A stretch of DNA of 53,890 nucleotides from Synechococcus sp. Its GTDB lineage: Bacteria > Cyanobacteriota > Cyanobacteriia > Thermostichales > PCC-7336. Below, piece by piece: positions 19,329 through 29,091 of this stretch. Each line of letters opens with the position of its first letter. Positions within the stretch are counted from its first letter, which is position 1. The notes below the pieces were generated by a model that did not search any database, had not been told where the DNA came from, and was given only the letters and a program-made list of their open reading frames with translations. The translations under genes and the position numbers were made by a program. The DNA lies in the NCBI GenBank assembly GCA_051439605.1, contig JBFRWN010000107.1:1-53890 (forward strand), in the 5' to 3' direction.

Positions 19329-20615
19329 ATGCGCTCATCACATCAAAATACGTCCGCAAATAGTGCAGTGCAGTTACTTAAAGAATATGCCTTAGGTCTC
19401 AGATCGTTTTCAAATTCTTCACTGAATGGGGCAGTCCTAAAATTTTGCGATTTGGAAGATATTCAGCTAGAGTACTCATCTTTTTTGAGTGCAGATCTAC
19501 AAGGAGCAAATCTCTACAATGCAAATTTAGTTTCAGCTGAAATGCTATTGGCAAACCTTAGCAAAGCCAATTTAGCTAATGCAAATCTCAGCTGCGCCGT
19601 GTTGGTCGAGGCAGACTTGTCAGCTGCAATCCTCCACGAATCTAAGCTGGAAAGAGTAGAGCTAGAACGAGCAAACCTAGAATCAGCTTCGATGCAGCAG
19701 GTTTGTCTGGCAGGATCGAACTTACAGCGAGCCAACTTACAAAAAGTAAATTTATCAGATAGCAATCTTGATGGTGTAGATTTACGGAAAGCAAATCTTG
19801 AAGATGCAATACTCGACAGGGCTTCATTTGTAGCAGCAGAGATGAAGCAAGCAAATCTTTGCAATGCTAGCTTCAAGCATGCAGATTTAAGGCAAGCCTA
19901 TATGAGAAAATCCGATCTTGAAGGGGCTATTTTTGAGCATGCCAATTTTGAGCAGGCAAATTTAATTGGGGTTGACTTTACCGAAACAACTCTCACAGAG
20001 GCAAATTTTCATGCTGCGAATTTGCTAGGTGCAGACTTAGAAGGAAATAGTCTGAATAGAATTAACTTTTCAGATGCACTTTTAAGCTCTGCGGATTTAT
20101 CGAATTGTAGTCTTAGGCATAGTAATTTTTATCAAGCCGATTTGCGGGGGATTAATTTATTAGAGTCCGACCTTACCCATTCCAATCTCGATCTAGCCAT
20201 CCTGTGGGGAGCAAATCTCGGTCGGGCCGATCTTAAAGGCGCAGCACTCAAAAATGCCGATCTGAAGGGGGCAACTTTAGGACGTTCGGATGTCAGCAAT
20301 ACCAATTTCTTTCAAGCAATCATGATTAGAAGCAATTTACGAGGGGTCAAGGGAGTCCAATCCTGTTTCAGTCATGCAGATTTAGAGAGAGCTGACCTGA
20401 GAGAGGCTTATTTGGCAAAGTCTGACTTTGTTGGTGCAAATTTAAGTTATGCTGATTTGCGAGAAACTAACCTTAGCTATTCCAACTTTAGTGGTGCAAC
20501 AATCACCGATACATATCTTGGTCAAACAAACTTTTCTGGTGCGTTATACGATCGGACAACGAGATTTACAACTGGTTTTGACCCCATCAGTGCTGGAATG
20601 ATTCAACAGGATTGA
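19329..20615 (+). CDS. Pentapeptide repeat protein
   Basis: Continuous A(D/N)L-xx repeats over almost the whole length; C-terminal YDRTTRF..GFDP cap. Confidence 0.92.
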   Translation: MRSSHQNTSANSAVQLLKEYALGLRSFSNSSLNGAVLKFCDLEDIQLEYSSFLSADLQGANLYNANLVSAEMLLANLSKANLANANLSCAVLVEADLSAAILHESKLERVELERANLESASMQQVCLAGSNLQRANLQKVNLSDSNLDGVDLRKANLEDAILDRASFVAAEMKQANLCNASFKHADLRQAYMRKSDLEGAIFEHANFEQANLIGVDFTETTLTEANFHAANLLGADLEGNSLNRINFSDALLSSADLSNCSLRHSNFYQADLRGINLLESDLTHSNLDLAILWGANLGRADLKGAALKNADLKGATLGRSDVSNTNFFQAIMIRSNLRGVKGVQSCFSHADLERADLREAYLAKSDFVGANLSYADLRETNLSYSNFSGATITDTYLGQTNFSGALYDRTTRFTTGFDPISAGMIQQD

Positions 20616-20719
20616 CATCATAATATGGTTTTATCGGGCCGAACAGAATTTCAATTTTGATCGGTCACATGGATTTTCCTTATTGAGCAGGTCTTAATCT
20701 TCAATAGTTTTTCAACCTC

Positions 20720-21154
20720 TCACCATTGCCGACAAAGATTTGCAGGTAATTGCAGTACCTCCATACATTCTTCAATTGAATAGTCTTGAGGGGAATCGGC
20801 GGTGATATTTCCTTCCCCAGAGGGATCGGGGCAATTAAGTGGGATCAAGCCAAATAGGGTCAGGCAGGAATCACCTGCGTATTCTGCACCGGTGGCTACT
20901 TCATAAGCACGTGCATACTGTTGCTCTCGGCGATTGACGGACTCTTGAATGGGATTGTGAGAAATTTCATCTTTGAGAGCGGCTACACGAGACCCCACTG
21001 CTTCGTCATATAAATCACCTATCCAAGTTCTGGCATTCAGGCTCGCTGCTTGAATGGGTTGACAGCCTACTACAGGTCCAACCAATAAAAATACCAAGAA
21101 TACAATAAGGGATAACCACACAAGATTTTGGAAGGATTGGAGACGGTATTTCAT
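20720..21154 (-). CDS. Small exported or membrane-anchored hypothetical protein with several Cys
   Basis: MKYRLQ start followed by a hydrophobic segment; start refined to avoid overlap with the upstream gene. Confidence 0.55.
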   Translation of the reverse strand: MKYRLQSFQNLVWLSLIVFLVFLLVGPVVGCQPIQAASLNARTWIGDLYDEAVGSRVAALKDEISHNPIQESVNRREQQYARAYEVATGAEYAGDSCLTLFGLIPLNCPDPSGEGNITADSPQDYSIEECMEVLQLPANLCRQW

Positions 21155-21179
21155 CCAACACTGACTCCGATAGCGAGAT

Positions 21180-22004
21180 TTATAATTCCAATAAGGCAAG
21201 GAAAATAGGCACAAATAGAATTACGGTAACGATCGCAATTGCCAGGCTGAATCCTGAAATCCAAGCCATGATGCCATTACTTTTTCTAAACAGTTTTACA
21301 GCTGCCATGAGGTGTTCGATATCGTGTCCTTCAGTTGTGACAATTAGCGCTAACTTTTTGGATCCCAAAAATTTAGAAACTCCGTCGAAGAGCAACAAGA
21401 TTCCTGGGAAAAACGACTGCAATAGCCCCGGTAAAATCACCAAAACACCCCCTCTGACATGCTGCAATGCTCCACTGATAAAAAATAGGACCCCGGGGGT
21501 CATCAGGGCAATGCCAATTCCAATCAGGCAGTAGCTGGTCAGTCTCATGCGAGAGATGAGACCGCCGAGGACTAAATTCTCGGTGCTGGAAAATTCATAG
21601 TCTGGCTGGGAAGCCAACCAGCTTTCCCCCTCAAGAGTTTGACCCCAGTCAGGGAAATATTCTCCAACTTGCCTGGAATAAATGGAGAGCGTTTCCAGTC
21701 CTTCTACGGATAGAGCAGCAACAGCCTCGGATACCCGATCGATACAGGCTTTCATGTCTAAAGGCTGAGGAGACTCTAGGATGACCTGAAGCTTGGGCCT
21801 GTTGAGTTGAACTCTGGCCTCAACTTGACCGTCGTCAAAGATGCCCGTCAACAAATTTTCCAGGGCTGCAGTATCACCACTGCTAGCTTGCTGGCGTAGT
21901 CGGTCATCTGGCATGAAAGTGGCCTGATTATGAGGTTGAGGGAATGAAAAGTGCGGACGATGGTTGTCTCTCTCGCGATCTACTAAAGCTGATTCTGCTG
22001 TCAT
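21180..22004 (-). CDS. Hypothetical membrane protein (soluble N-domain plus C-terminal TM helices)
   Basis: Soluble N-terminal domain (IYSRQVGEYFPDW) followed by hydrophobic helices and TEGHDIEHLM. Confidence 0.65.
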   Translation of the reverse strand: MTAESALVDRERDNHRPHFSFPQPHNQATFMPDDRLRQQASSGDTAALENLLTGIFDDGQVEARVQLNRPKLQVILESPQPLDMKACIDRVSEAVAALSVEGLETLSIYSRQVGEYFPDWGQTLEGESWLASQPDYEFSSTENLVLGGLISRMRLTSYCLIGIGIALMTPGVLFFISGALQHVRGGVLVILPGLLQSFFPGILLLFDGVSKFLGSKKLALIVTTEGHDIEHLMAAVKLFRKSNGIMAWISGFSLAIAIVTVILFVPIFLALLEL

Positions 22005-22119
22005 CGGGCACTGACCGTTACAGATTGAAAAGGAACCGCTCGCATGTTGATAAGTTAACGTCGAGGGGCTGATATCTCTCGGTCAGAACAAATAGCTATT
22101 TACGTGCGATGGGATTGAT

Positions 22120-23388
22120 ATGCCTACATTTGATTTGCTATTGCGCAACTGCAAACTCTCAGCGAATGAGGCACTGCAGGACATTGCGATCGCCGACGGA
22201 AAATTTGCCGCCATCGAACCGGCGATCGCCGCTGAAGCGCGGGAAATTATTAATGTGAACGGTTACTGGGTACTGCCCCCCTTTGTGGAATCCCACATTC
22301 ATTTAGATTCTGCCTTTACCGCTGGTGAGCCCCGTTGGAACGAAAGCGGCACCTTATTCGAAGGCATCGAAATCTGGCGGGAACGGAAGCAACATCTGAC
22401 TCTGGAAGATGTGAAACAGCGGGCGATCTCCACGTTGAAACTGCAGGCAGCCCAAGGGGTGTTGCACGTTCGCAGTCATGCAGATGTTAGCGAAGCTAGC
22501 CTAACAGCGGTGAAAGGACTGCTGGCAGTCAGGGAGGAAGTCAAAGACTGGATCGATCTTCAGGTGGTGGCCTTTCCGCAGGATGGAATTTACGGCAATC
22601 CGCAACAGCTAGAACTGATGGAAGAGGCAATTGCCTTGGGGGTGGATGCAATTGGCGGAATTCCCCATTACGAACTCACCCGCGAAGATGGGGTGCGATC
22701 GATCGGCCAGATTTTTGATTGGGCGGAAACTCACAACAAACTGATCGACGTCCATTGCGATGAAATTGATGACGACCAGTCCCGCTTTCTAGAGGTGATG
22801 GTGGCTGAAACGCTGCGTAGGGATATGGGCAGTCGCGTCACCGCCAGCCACACCACGGCATTTCACTCTTACAGCAACGGCTATGCTTGCAAGCTGCTAG
22901 GATTTATTCGCCGCACCCAGCTAAATTTTGTTGCCAATCCACTCATTAACGTGACGTTGCAGGGGCGCACCGATACGTATCCGAAACGGCGAGGGGTGAC
23001 CCGCGTGAAGGAGTTGTGGCAACAGGGCAATAACGTCTCCTTTGGTCACGACTGTATTCGAGATCCTTGGTACATTCTGGGGACCGGCAGCATGTTGAAC
23101 GTGGCTCACATGGCGGTGCATCTATGTCAGATGACGGGACGGACTGAGCTGCAGGCTTGCCTAGACATGGTGACCCACAACGGAGCGAAGACCCTAAATC
23201 TTGGCGATCGCTACGGGCTTCTGCCCAACAGGCCCGCTAGCCTTGTGGTGTTGAATGCCTCCGATGCATACGAAGCACTACGCCTGCAAGCAGACGTCCT
23301 TTACAGCATTTATCGGGGTCGCATTCTGGCTCGTACCACCCCGGCTCAGACCCAGCTGTCGATCGAGCCCTCTGCCTCTCTCTTCTAG
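22120..23388 (+). CDS. codA: Cytosine deaminase
   Basis: HIHLD, AFPQDG, GGIPH, HCDEIDD, ASHTTA and GHDC..DPWY motifs. Confidence 0.93.
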   Translation: MPTFDLLLRNCKLSANEALQDIAIADGKFAAIEPAIAAEAREIINVNGYWVLPPFVESHIHLDSAFTAGEPRWNESGTLFEGIEIWRERKQHLTLEDVKQRAISTLKLQAAQGVLHVRSHADVSEASLTAVKGLLAVREEVKDWIDLQVVAFPQDGIYGNPQQLELMEEAIALGVDAIGGIPHYELTREDGVRSIGQIFDWAETHNKLIDVHCDEIDDDQSRFLEVMVAETLRRDMGSRVTASHTTAFHSYSNGYACKLLGFIRRTQLNFVANPLINVTLQGRTDTYPKRRGVTRVKELWQQGNNVSFGHDCIRDPWYILGTGSMLNVAHMAVHLCQMTGRTELQACLDMVTHNGAKTLNLGDRYGLLPNRPASLVVLNASDAYEALRLQADVLYSIYRGRILARTTPAQTQLSIEPSASLF

Positions 23389-23397
23389 GACTCTCCG

Positions 23398-23844
23398 ATG
23401 CGCTATTCCATGCAATTGGCCACCGATCCGATATCCAGTACGGCACTTTCTCTGTTCGATGTCACTGCCTCCACTGCCTACGTGGAAATTCATGAAGATG
23501 AGTTGGTGGTGCAGTTAGGAAACCTATTTAAGGAAACATTCCCTCTCGCCAGCTTAGGTAAGGCTGGACTGGATAACTGGGAGTGGTATATGGGCTTGGG
23601 GTTGCGAACGGATTTTCAAGGCACGCTTGCCCCGATTACCAGCTTTGACAAGGTGGTCAGTATCCCACTAGAGCAACCTCAAAAGCTGTTTCTGCCAATT
23701 TTGGGTAATTTGGGCATGCAGGTGGAATGCAAGAGACTCGTGTTCAGTGTGGCCGAGCCAGATGCATTTTTAATTGCTTTGAATTCTGCATTGCATGAGG
23801 TGGAAGAACCGGATGCCCCCGAACCGGCGGAATTAGACGAGTAA
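23398..23844 (+). CDS. Hypothetical protein, probably co-transcribed with codA
   Basis: 148-aa ORF starting 9 bp after the codA stop. Confidence 0.65.
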   Translation: MRYSMQLATDPISSTALSLFDVTASTAYVEIHEDELVVQLGNLFKETFPLASLGKAGLDNWEWYMGLGLRTDFQGTLAPITSFDKVVSIPLEQPQKLFLPILGNLGMQVECKRLVFSVAEPDAFLIALNSALHEVEEPDAPEPAELDE

Positions 23845-23907
23845 GCGGTTGCGAACAATCCTGTTTGAGATTGAGAATCTGGATAATTAGGAGTCACAAA
23901 ACATTGG

Positions 23908-24210
23908 CTAGCCGCGTTTTTTGAGGGCGGCGGTCAAGGCATTGTCTAGCTCGGCGCGATCGCAGTCGGTGACCACAAAGACTTCTTGAACGCTGGTACC
24001 TCGGCGGGCGGTGAGTTTAAAGCCTCCTCGGATGGGCACCGATATTTTGAGGCGGAGTTTAGATGGGCGGCTGCGCACGCGCCCAATGACTCCTGGGGTA
24101 ATGGTTTTAATCCCCGGGTGTTTAGTCAACTCCTTGAGGACGGGGATGAGCCCATCGATGTGAGTGGAATGGTTCCAGACCAGTCGGCCTTTGGACTCTT
24201 CAGAGGACAT
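23908..24210 (-). CDS. DUF2103 family protein
   Basis: GRLVWNHSTHIDGLIPVL, TITPGVI and QEVFVVT motifs. Confidence 0.85.
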   Translation of the reverse strand: MSSEESKGRLVWNHSTHIDGLIPVLKELTKHPGIKTITPGVIGRVRSRPSKLRLKISVPIRGGFKLTARRGTSVQEVFVVTDCDRAELDNALTAALKKRG

Positions 24211-24211
24211 G

Positions 24212-24306
24212 TATAACTGTGTTCATTTCAGTTGGGACGGAAAGATTGATGGCTATTCAGGGTTCTGGTTAGCTGAGATGGCGGACGCGACTTGACGGTC
24301 GCTATA
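24212..24306 (-). mobile_element. 95-bp MITE-like repeat, copy B
   Basis: + strand TATAAC...CATTTCAGTTGGGAC...GCGACTTGACGGTCGCTATA; exactly 95 bp. Confidence 0.8.
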
Positions 24307-24375
24307 AATGTTGGCATCACAGTTGGGACAGATAGTTCTATCCCCATTCAAGGTTCTGAATAACTGAGTTGACCT
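24303..24375 (-). repeat. Truncated tandem copy (B2) of the 95-bp element
   Basis: TATAAATGTTGGCATCACAGTTGGGACAGA...GGTTCTGAATAACTGAG in the same register as copy B; shares the TATA at 24303-24306. Confidence 0.6.
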
Positions 24376-24511
24376 CACCTGCATTATTCATGACCCTTGG
24401 CCCAAAAAGCTTCATTAAACTGTACTACATGGCTTTCATCGGTCGGGGCTTCGGGGGGGGTCGCCTAAACCACGAATGCAAGGTATGTGACATCCGTTGA
24501 TGAGGTTAAAG

Positions 24512-25855
24512 CTAGGAATTGTTCGGCGCAACTAAATCAATGGTGTAGTGCCCTACCAATACAATCCGCTCGTACGACATTAGGTATAGATGAATGCGAT
24601 TGGGATTGCTTTCATCGCGGTGCATAACTAAACCGTTAATTCCCACATCGCCACGATAGTCCATCACTGTCCCTTGCTCGTCGAGTAAGACGCTAAAGAA
24701 GGGATCTTCCTCGGGACGCATCTGCTCCAAATCAGCATAGTTTTGGGTAAAAGGCACTCCAAACCCTAAGGGACGGTAAAGCCCTTCGGAATAATCATTG
24801 ACTGACAGTTGAGGAACGGAGTCTAGGTCGATGCCGCTGACCACTAGAAAGCGAAGTTGATTATCGTCGCTCAAAAACTCCAGCTCGATTTCGGTGAGGG
24901 GTTTATCTGACAGGGGAGTCGAAATGGTACGTACGGTGCTAGAAATCATCCGCTCGATTTCGCCAAAATTCGATGGCCATAGCTGGTTTGGGTCGTAAAT
25001 GCCAGGGGGAGAAAATGTCTGAAAGTGCAGCGGTTGCTGACGGAGTTCGCGGTATGTCATCCAATTCCCAAGGCTACTGGTGTTGACAATCAAGCTTTCC
25101 TTTCTCTGCTGCTCGTTTAAGGATAGGACCGTCGAGTCGGCCATGTCGTCGGCAGGAGAAATCCATTCGGATTCAACGGTACGTAGGCGATCGAGGTCAA
25201 ACTCAAGTCCCTTATTGAACTTGAAACCGATCCAGGCTTCCATGGTTCTGGCCTGTTGCCAGTAGCTGGTATCGGCGTTCATGCTCTCGACCAGTTGACT
25301 GTAAGCACCGCGCGGAAAATCAAAATAACCTTGATAGATTTTTTGGCTGTTATCGTTTTCTTCGTCATATAGGGCCAGTTCCCAGTAGCCTGCCCCTAAA
25401 CAATTGTTGGTGAGCGCGATTGCAAGACCTTCTGTCTTGTAGCCTGCCAAACTTTCGGGGGCGTCGATATGCTTTGAGCCAGGCTGAAATATTACCCGCT
25501 GCCTGTTAAATTCCCGCTCCGATAGAAACCACCGCATCAATTTGGAGTCTCCTCTTGCGGTTTTCGGAACGGTGGGGATGAACAAGCTCAAGTCGATATT
25601 TTGAAGGACTAACTGGGTCTCCGCTCCTTGGCCTTCTAAGTCAATATCCACCGAATAGGTTCCGTCAGTTTCTCGGATGAACTGAACGTTCTGTCCGGTA
25701 AAAATTGCCTCGCCAGAGTCCGAATGGTCTTCCAAAGTCACCCTATACATGGTGGTGTTGCTGTAACGCGATATCAAAAACGCGGCGGCGCTACTTCCTG
25801 CAAGTAACGCGATCAGGCCAGACGCAACTGAAAGCGCTTTGAGATTGTTCGTCAT
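24512..25855 (-). CDS. Hypothetical exported or membrane-anchored protein
   Basis: 447-aa ORF with an N-terminal hydrophobic segment; no family recognised. Confidence 0.75.
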   Translation of the reverse strand: MTNNLKALSVASGLIALLAGSSAAAFLISRYSNTTMYRVTLEDHSDSGEAIFTGQNVQFIRETDGTYSVDIDLEGQGAETQLVLQNIDLSLFIPTVPKTARGDSKLMRWFLSEREFNRQRVIFQPGSKHIDAPESLAGYKTEGLAIALTNNCLGAGYWELALYDEENDNSQKIYQGYFDFPRGAYSQLVESMNADTSYWQQARTMEAWIGFKFNKGLEFDLDRLRTVESEWISPADDMADSTVLSLNEQQRKESLIVNTSSLGNWMTYRELRQQPLHFQTFSPPGIYDPNQLWPSNFGEIERMISSTVRTISTPLSDKPLTEIELEFLSDDNQLRFLVVSGIDLDSVPQLSVNDYSEGLYRPLGFGVPFTQNYADLEQMRPEEDPFFSVLLDEQGTVMDYRGDVGINGLVMHRDESNPNRIHLYLMSYERIVLVGHYTIDLVAPNNS

Positions 25856-26782
25856 AACAGATAACAGATAGTGCCCAAATCAGATATCGATCCTTGAGTT
25901 AGTCGCCTCTGAACAGCCCAATTGGCAGGAGAGAGCCAACAAGAAACAGCCAAACTGTAATGGCTAAATTTTACAAATATTAAAATCCTTCAGTAAAATC
26001 GGCTATTTCATTGAAGTCTAAGCAACAGGCAGACAATACGTAATAGGAAGAAGGATACAACATAGAAGACAAAATTATGGCCACTAAATCGCTGATGGCA
26101 TTGTCCGTAGAGGCACTTAGACTGTAACGTTGTTTTTTTACAGTGAATGTCTATCAGTTATAGTACTGGATTTGAAAACCATATCGGAAGACTTTAAGAA
26201 TTACTGATTTCAAGGCAGGCAAAGTCTACAGTTGTATTTTTCGTGGAACTTATCACGCATAAAGATCTTTATTTGCTGCTATTGAAATCCCTTTTTTCGG
26301 ATGGTTTCTAAGGTGAGAACACATCTTACCACTTGAAGCAATTATAAAGTTCACCTCTCGAAGGTAAGCAAAACCTTTGGACGCAGTCAGCAGATGGAGG
26401 ATAGTAGTCCATTCTTTATCGTTCAGATCGCTGAGATAGGTTTGACGCTATAGATCTAAAACAACAAAAACGATACGAATGAGTCTATTCATCAAGGATT
26501 TTCCCGCTGCGCATAAAACAACGATCTGCAAAGCAGCAGAATTTATTTTCAATAAGGCATCTGACTCTGTCAAAAGACACACTGTCAAAGATGATCTTCT
26601 GTTGCATAGTCCAGCTGTAAATCATCCGAGCTAAGCAAATTGATGGTCGCTGCACATCATCTCAGGAAAAGGTCCTCAGACATTAGAAAACATACCTGAA
26701 AGAGCCAAAGTCCAGAGTACAGTCGGACTGAACGTGCAGCGACTTGACTGTTGCCATGCAGGAACGCTGGAACGGGTTCAGT

Positions 26783-27493
26783 TCAAAAAACTGCAGTGCC
26801 ACTCTGCGGCATCGATTCCACCTCGCTCCCCTTTAGGTACAAACATCGTTGAGCTAAAGGGCAACGATCGCAGGCGGGCTGTCGTGCCACGCAAATTAAT
26901 GCACCAAAATCCAACAGGGTAAAGTTCCACCGATCCACCTGCCGCTGGGGGGCAATTTTCTCCGTCATCAGTTGATAGTCGCGATCGCGCTGGGGCAGCT
27001 TGCGTTGCGGCAAGCCAAAGAAACGCATCAGGATGCGGGCAACGTTGACATCTAGCACAGGGGTGCGTTGTCGAAAGGCTGCTGCACAGATGGCCCTAGC
27101 ACTGTAAGGCCCTATCCCCGGTAGCTCGAGCAAGTCTGCCTCCGCATGGGGGATGCGCCCATTGTGCTTCTGAATCAGCAGGGTAGCAGCTCGATGCAAC
27201 CGTTCAGCCCGAAACTTCAACCCTAGAGGGGATAGCAGAGTTTCAAGATCTGGCACAGGTGCAGCTGCAAGTGCCGCCAGCGTGGGATAGCGAGGTAGGA
27301 AACGACGATAGACTCGCTCTGCTTGGGTTGCGGTGGTTTTTTGCAACAAAAATTCTGCGACAAATATCGCGTAGGGATCGCGGGTTTGTCGCCAAGGAAA
27401 CTCTCTTAAGTTGTGGCGTCCCCAGTCTTTGAGGCGGCATCGGAACCAATCTAAATGGGGGATCGCTATCTCATGGGGGGCTTTCTTCGACAA
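26783..27493 (-). CDS. HhH-GPD mismatch DNA glycosylase (MutY/MIG family, no C-terminal NUDIX domain)
   Basis: FPWR, EFLLQKTTA, LPGIGPYSA, LDVNVAR and the [4Fe-4S] motif C-X6-C-X2-C-X5-C. Confidence 0.88.
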   Translation of the reverse strand: MSKKAPHEIAIPHLDWFRCRLKDWGRHNLREFPWRQTRDPYAIFVAEFLLQKTTATQAERVYRRFLPRYPTLAALAAAPVPDLETLLSPLGLKFRAERLHRAATLLIQKHNGRIPHAEADLLELPGIGPYSARAICAAAFRQRTPVLDVNVARILMRFFGLPQRKLPQRDRDYQLMTEKIAPQRQVDRWNFTLLDFGALICVARQPACDRCPLAQRCLYLKGSEVESMPQSGTAVF

Positions 27494-27617
27494 ATTTGTT
27501 CGGGGACGATCTGACTGAGATCCACAATGAGAGGAGAGAGGTATCTTGCCGGCTGCTACCTAAGATATCTCGAATCCAACATCTCGAATTTAGCAAATTC
27601 TTTAGCAAAAGCAGCCT

Positions 27618-27712
27618 TATAGCGACTGTCAAGTCGCTTCGGAACTCTCAGCTATCCAGAGATCTGACAAGGCAGAGTTCTTGTTGGACTAACTGAAATG
27701 ACCGCATTGAAA
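27618..27712 (+). mobile_element. 95-bp MITE-like repeat, copy C (right end degenerate; overlaps the 3' end of the Crp gene)
   Basis: TATAGCGACTGTCAAGTCGC at 27618 and AACTGAAATG at +73, the same offset as in 46198. Confidence 0.75.
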
Positions 27713-28336
27713 ACTATGGGTCAGCGCTTGGCTGTCAACAATCATGTGACGTTGGCGATCGAATGACAGCCAGCCCTCTTTCCTGGAGGTACCTAAAAGG
27801 CGGGTTACTGTTACCCGAGTCGTTCCGATCGCGTTGGCCAACTGCTGGTGGGTGAGGCGAACCGAAATGCGAGTCAACCCATCAGGAGTCTCTTGACCAA
27901 ACTCGTCGGACAACAACTTGAGCAGGTGGGTGAGGCGAGCCGCCACAGGCCTCTGGCCGGTGAGGGCTAACCAGGCTTCAGATTGACGCAGGCGAGCCAT
28001 CATTTGGCGACATAATCCTGCTGCCAGCAAATCGTTAGACTCAATTTCGACAAGGGACAAGCGCAGCGCATCCACTTGGCTCAGGGCGATCGCCTGATAG
28101 GGGTCAACGATGGTCAAGGGCAAGCCAATGGGGGTTGTCGGCCCCGCTAAACCCAACAGAGTTTCGTCGCCGCTGTCGTGAATCACGCTCAGTTGCACGA
28201 CACCACGGCAAATTATGTAAATCTCATCCTCTTTAAGGGGAATTTGACTGCCGGTCGCAAACGGAGTCAGGGTCCGTTCGCGGTACAACTGCTCCAAAAA
28301 TTCGCGGTAATGCGGAAGGGGTTGTAGCTGCTGCAT
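27689..28336 (-). CDS. Crp/Fnr family transcriptional regulator
   Basis: cNMP-binding-like N-domain; HTH LTHQQLANAIGTTRVTVTRLL. Confidence 0.92.
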   Translation of the reverse strand: MQQLQPLPHYREFLEQLYRERTLTPFATGSQIPLKEDEIYIICRGVVQLSVIHDSGDETLLGLAGPTTPIGLPLTIVDPYQAIALSQVDALRLSLVEIESNDLLAAGLCRQMMARLRQSEAWLALTGQRPVAARLTHLLKLLSDEFGQETPDGLTRISVRLTHQQLANAIGTTRVTVTRLLGTSRKEGWLSFDRQRHMIVDSQALTHSFQCGHFS

Positions 28337-28388
28337 GACTCTGATGAGAATGTATTCGAGTACACACTACAACTTACGGATAAAGAGA

Positions 28389-28418
28389 TTACAAAGTAAA
28401 GATTAAGCGGAGGTTAAA
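28389..28418 (-). promoter_or_regulatory. Putative SphR (PhoB) Pho box upstream of the Crp gene
   Basis: Minus strand TTTAACCT-CCG-CTTAATCT-TTA-CTTTGTAA; two good matches to CTTAACCT with 11-bp period and a weak third repeat. Confidence 0.5.
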
Positions 28419-28885
28419 GCTTCAACACTTATGGCTTGCGATGAGGAGAAGCCCCCCGCCGACCGTTAAGACCGCAGTAGACTCCGTGAATGGAGCTGAA
28501 GTAAAGCCATCTGTGTACTCACCCAACTTGCGATCGCTGGGGTAACGTTTGTAACTGATGCTCATCTTCTAAGCCTTACACAGCCCATCGAGTAAAGCCA
28601 GGGGAGTTTACTTGACACTCCCGACCCAGGACAAAAAACACAATGATTCATTTGTCGTTTGTTATAGGAAAAAACATGGGAAAACATGGGAAGAAATCAA
28701 AAATCTGTTGACGTTGTGCGGGAATGTTTGCGAGACTGGCTGAGCTAACAGCGAACATCCTCTAGCTGGTAGACTAATTCAGTGCACATAGTCATAACGC
28801 TTCCGACTGTTCAATAACATCTCCGAATCGGGATGCTTACGGTTCCAGGTAGCCGTTAAGGCGAAGTGAATTGTGCTCCAAGCGG

Positions 28886-28958
28886 GCGTCCTTAGTTCAG
28901 TTGGTAGAACGTCGGTCTCCAAAACCGAATGTCGGGGGTTCGAGTCCTCCAGGGCGCG
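28886..28958 (+). tRNA. trnW: tRNA-Trp (CCA)
   Basis: Acceptor stem GCGTCCT/AGGGCGC, anticodon arm TCGGT-CTCCAAA-ACCGA, GTTCGAG T-loop; 3' CCA not encoded. Confidence 0.97.
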
Positions 28959-29091
28959 CTTTTCGACCCAAAACTTTGGGGTTCACAATTGACTCTGCAC
29001 TGCCAAGTGTTGACAGAGCAGTTTTTCAAAGCACCAACTAGTCTTCATTTCAGCAGTTAGGTATCGAAAGACTCGCAACGAGGTAGGTGGC

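Noticed and set aside
28671..28690. AAAACATGGG tandem duplication upstream of trnW
   Set aside because: Two short units only, with no supporting context.
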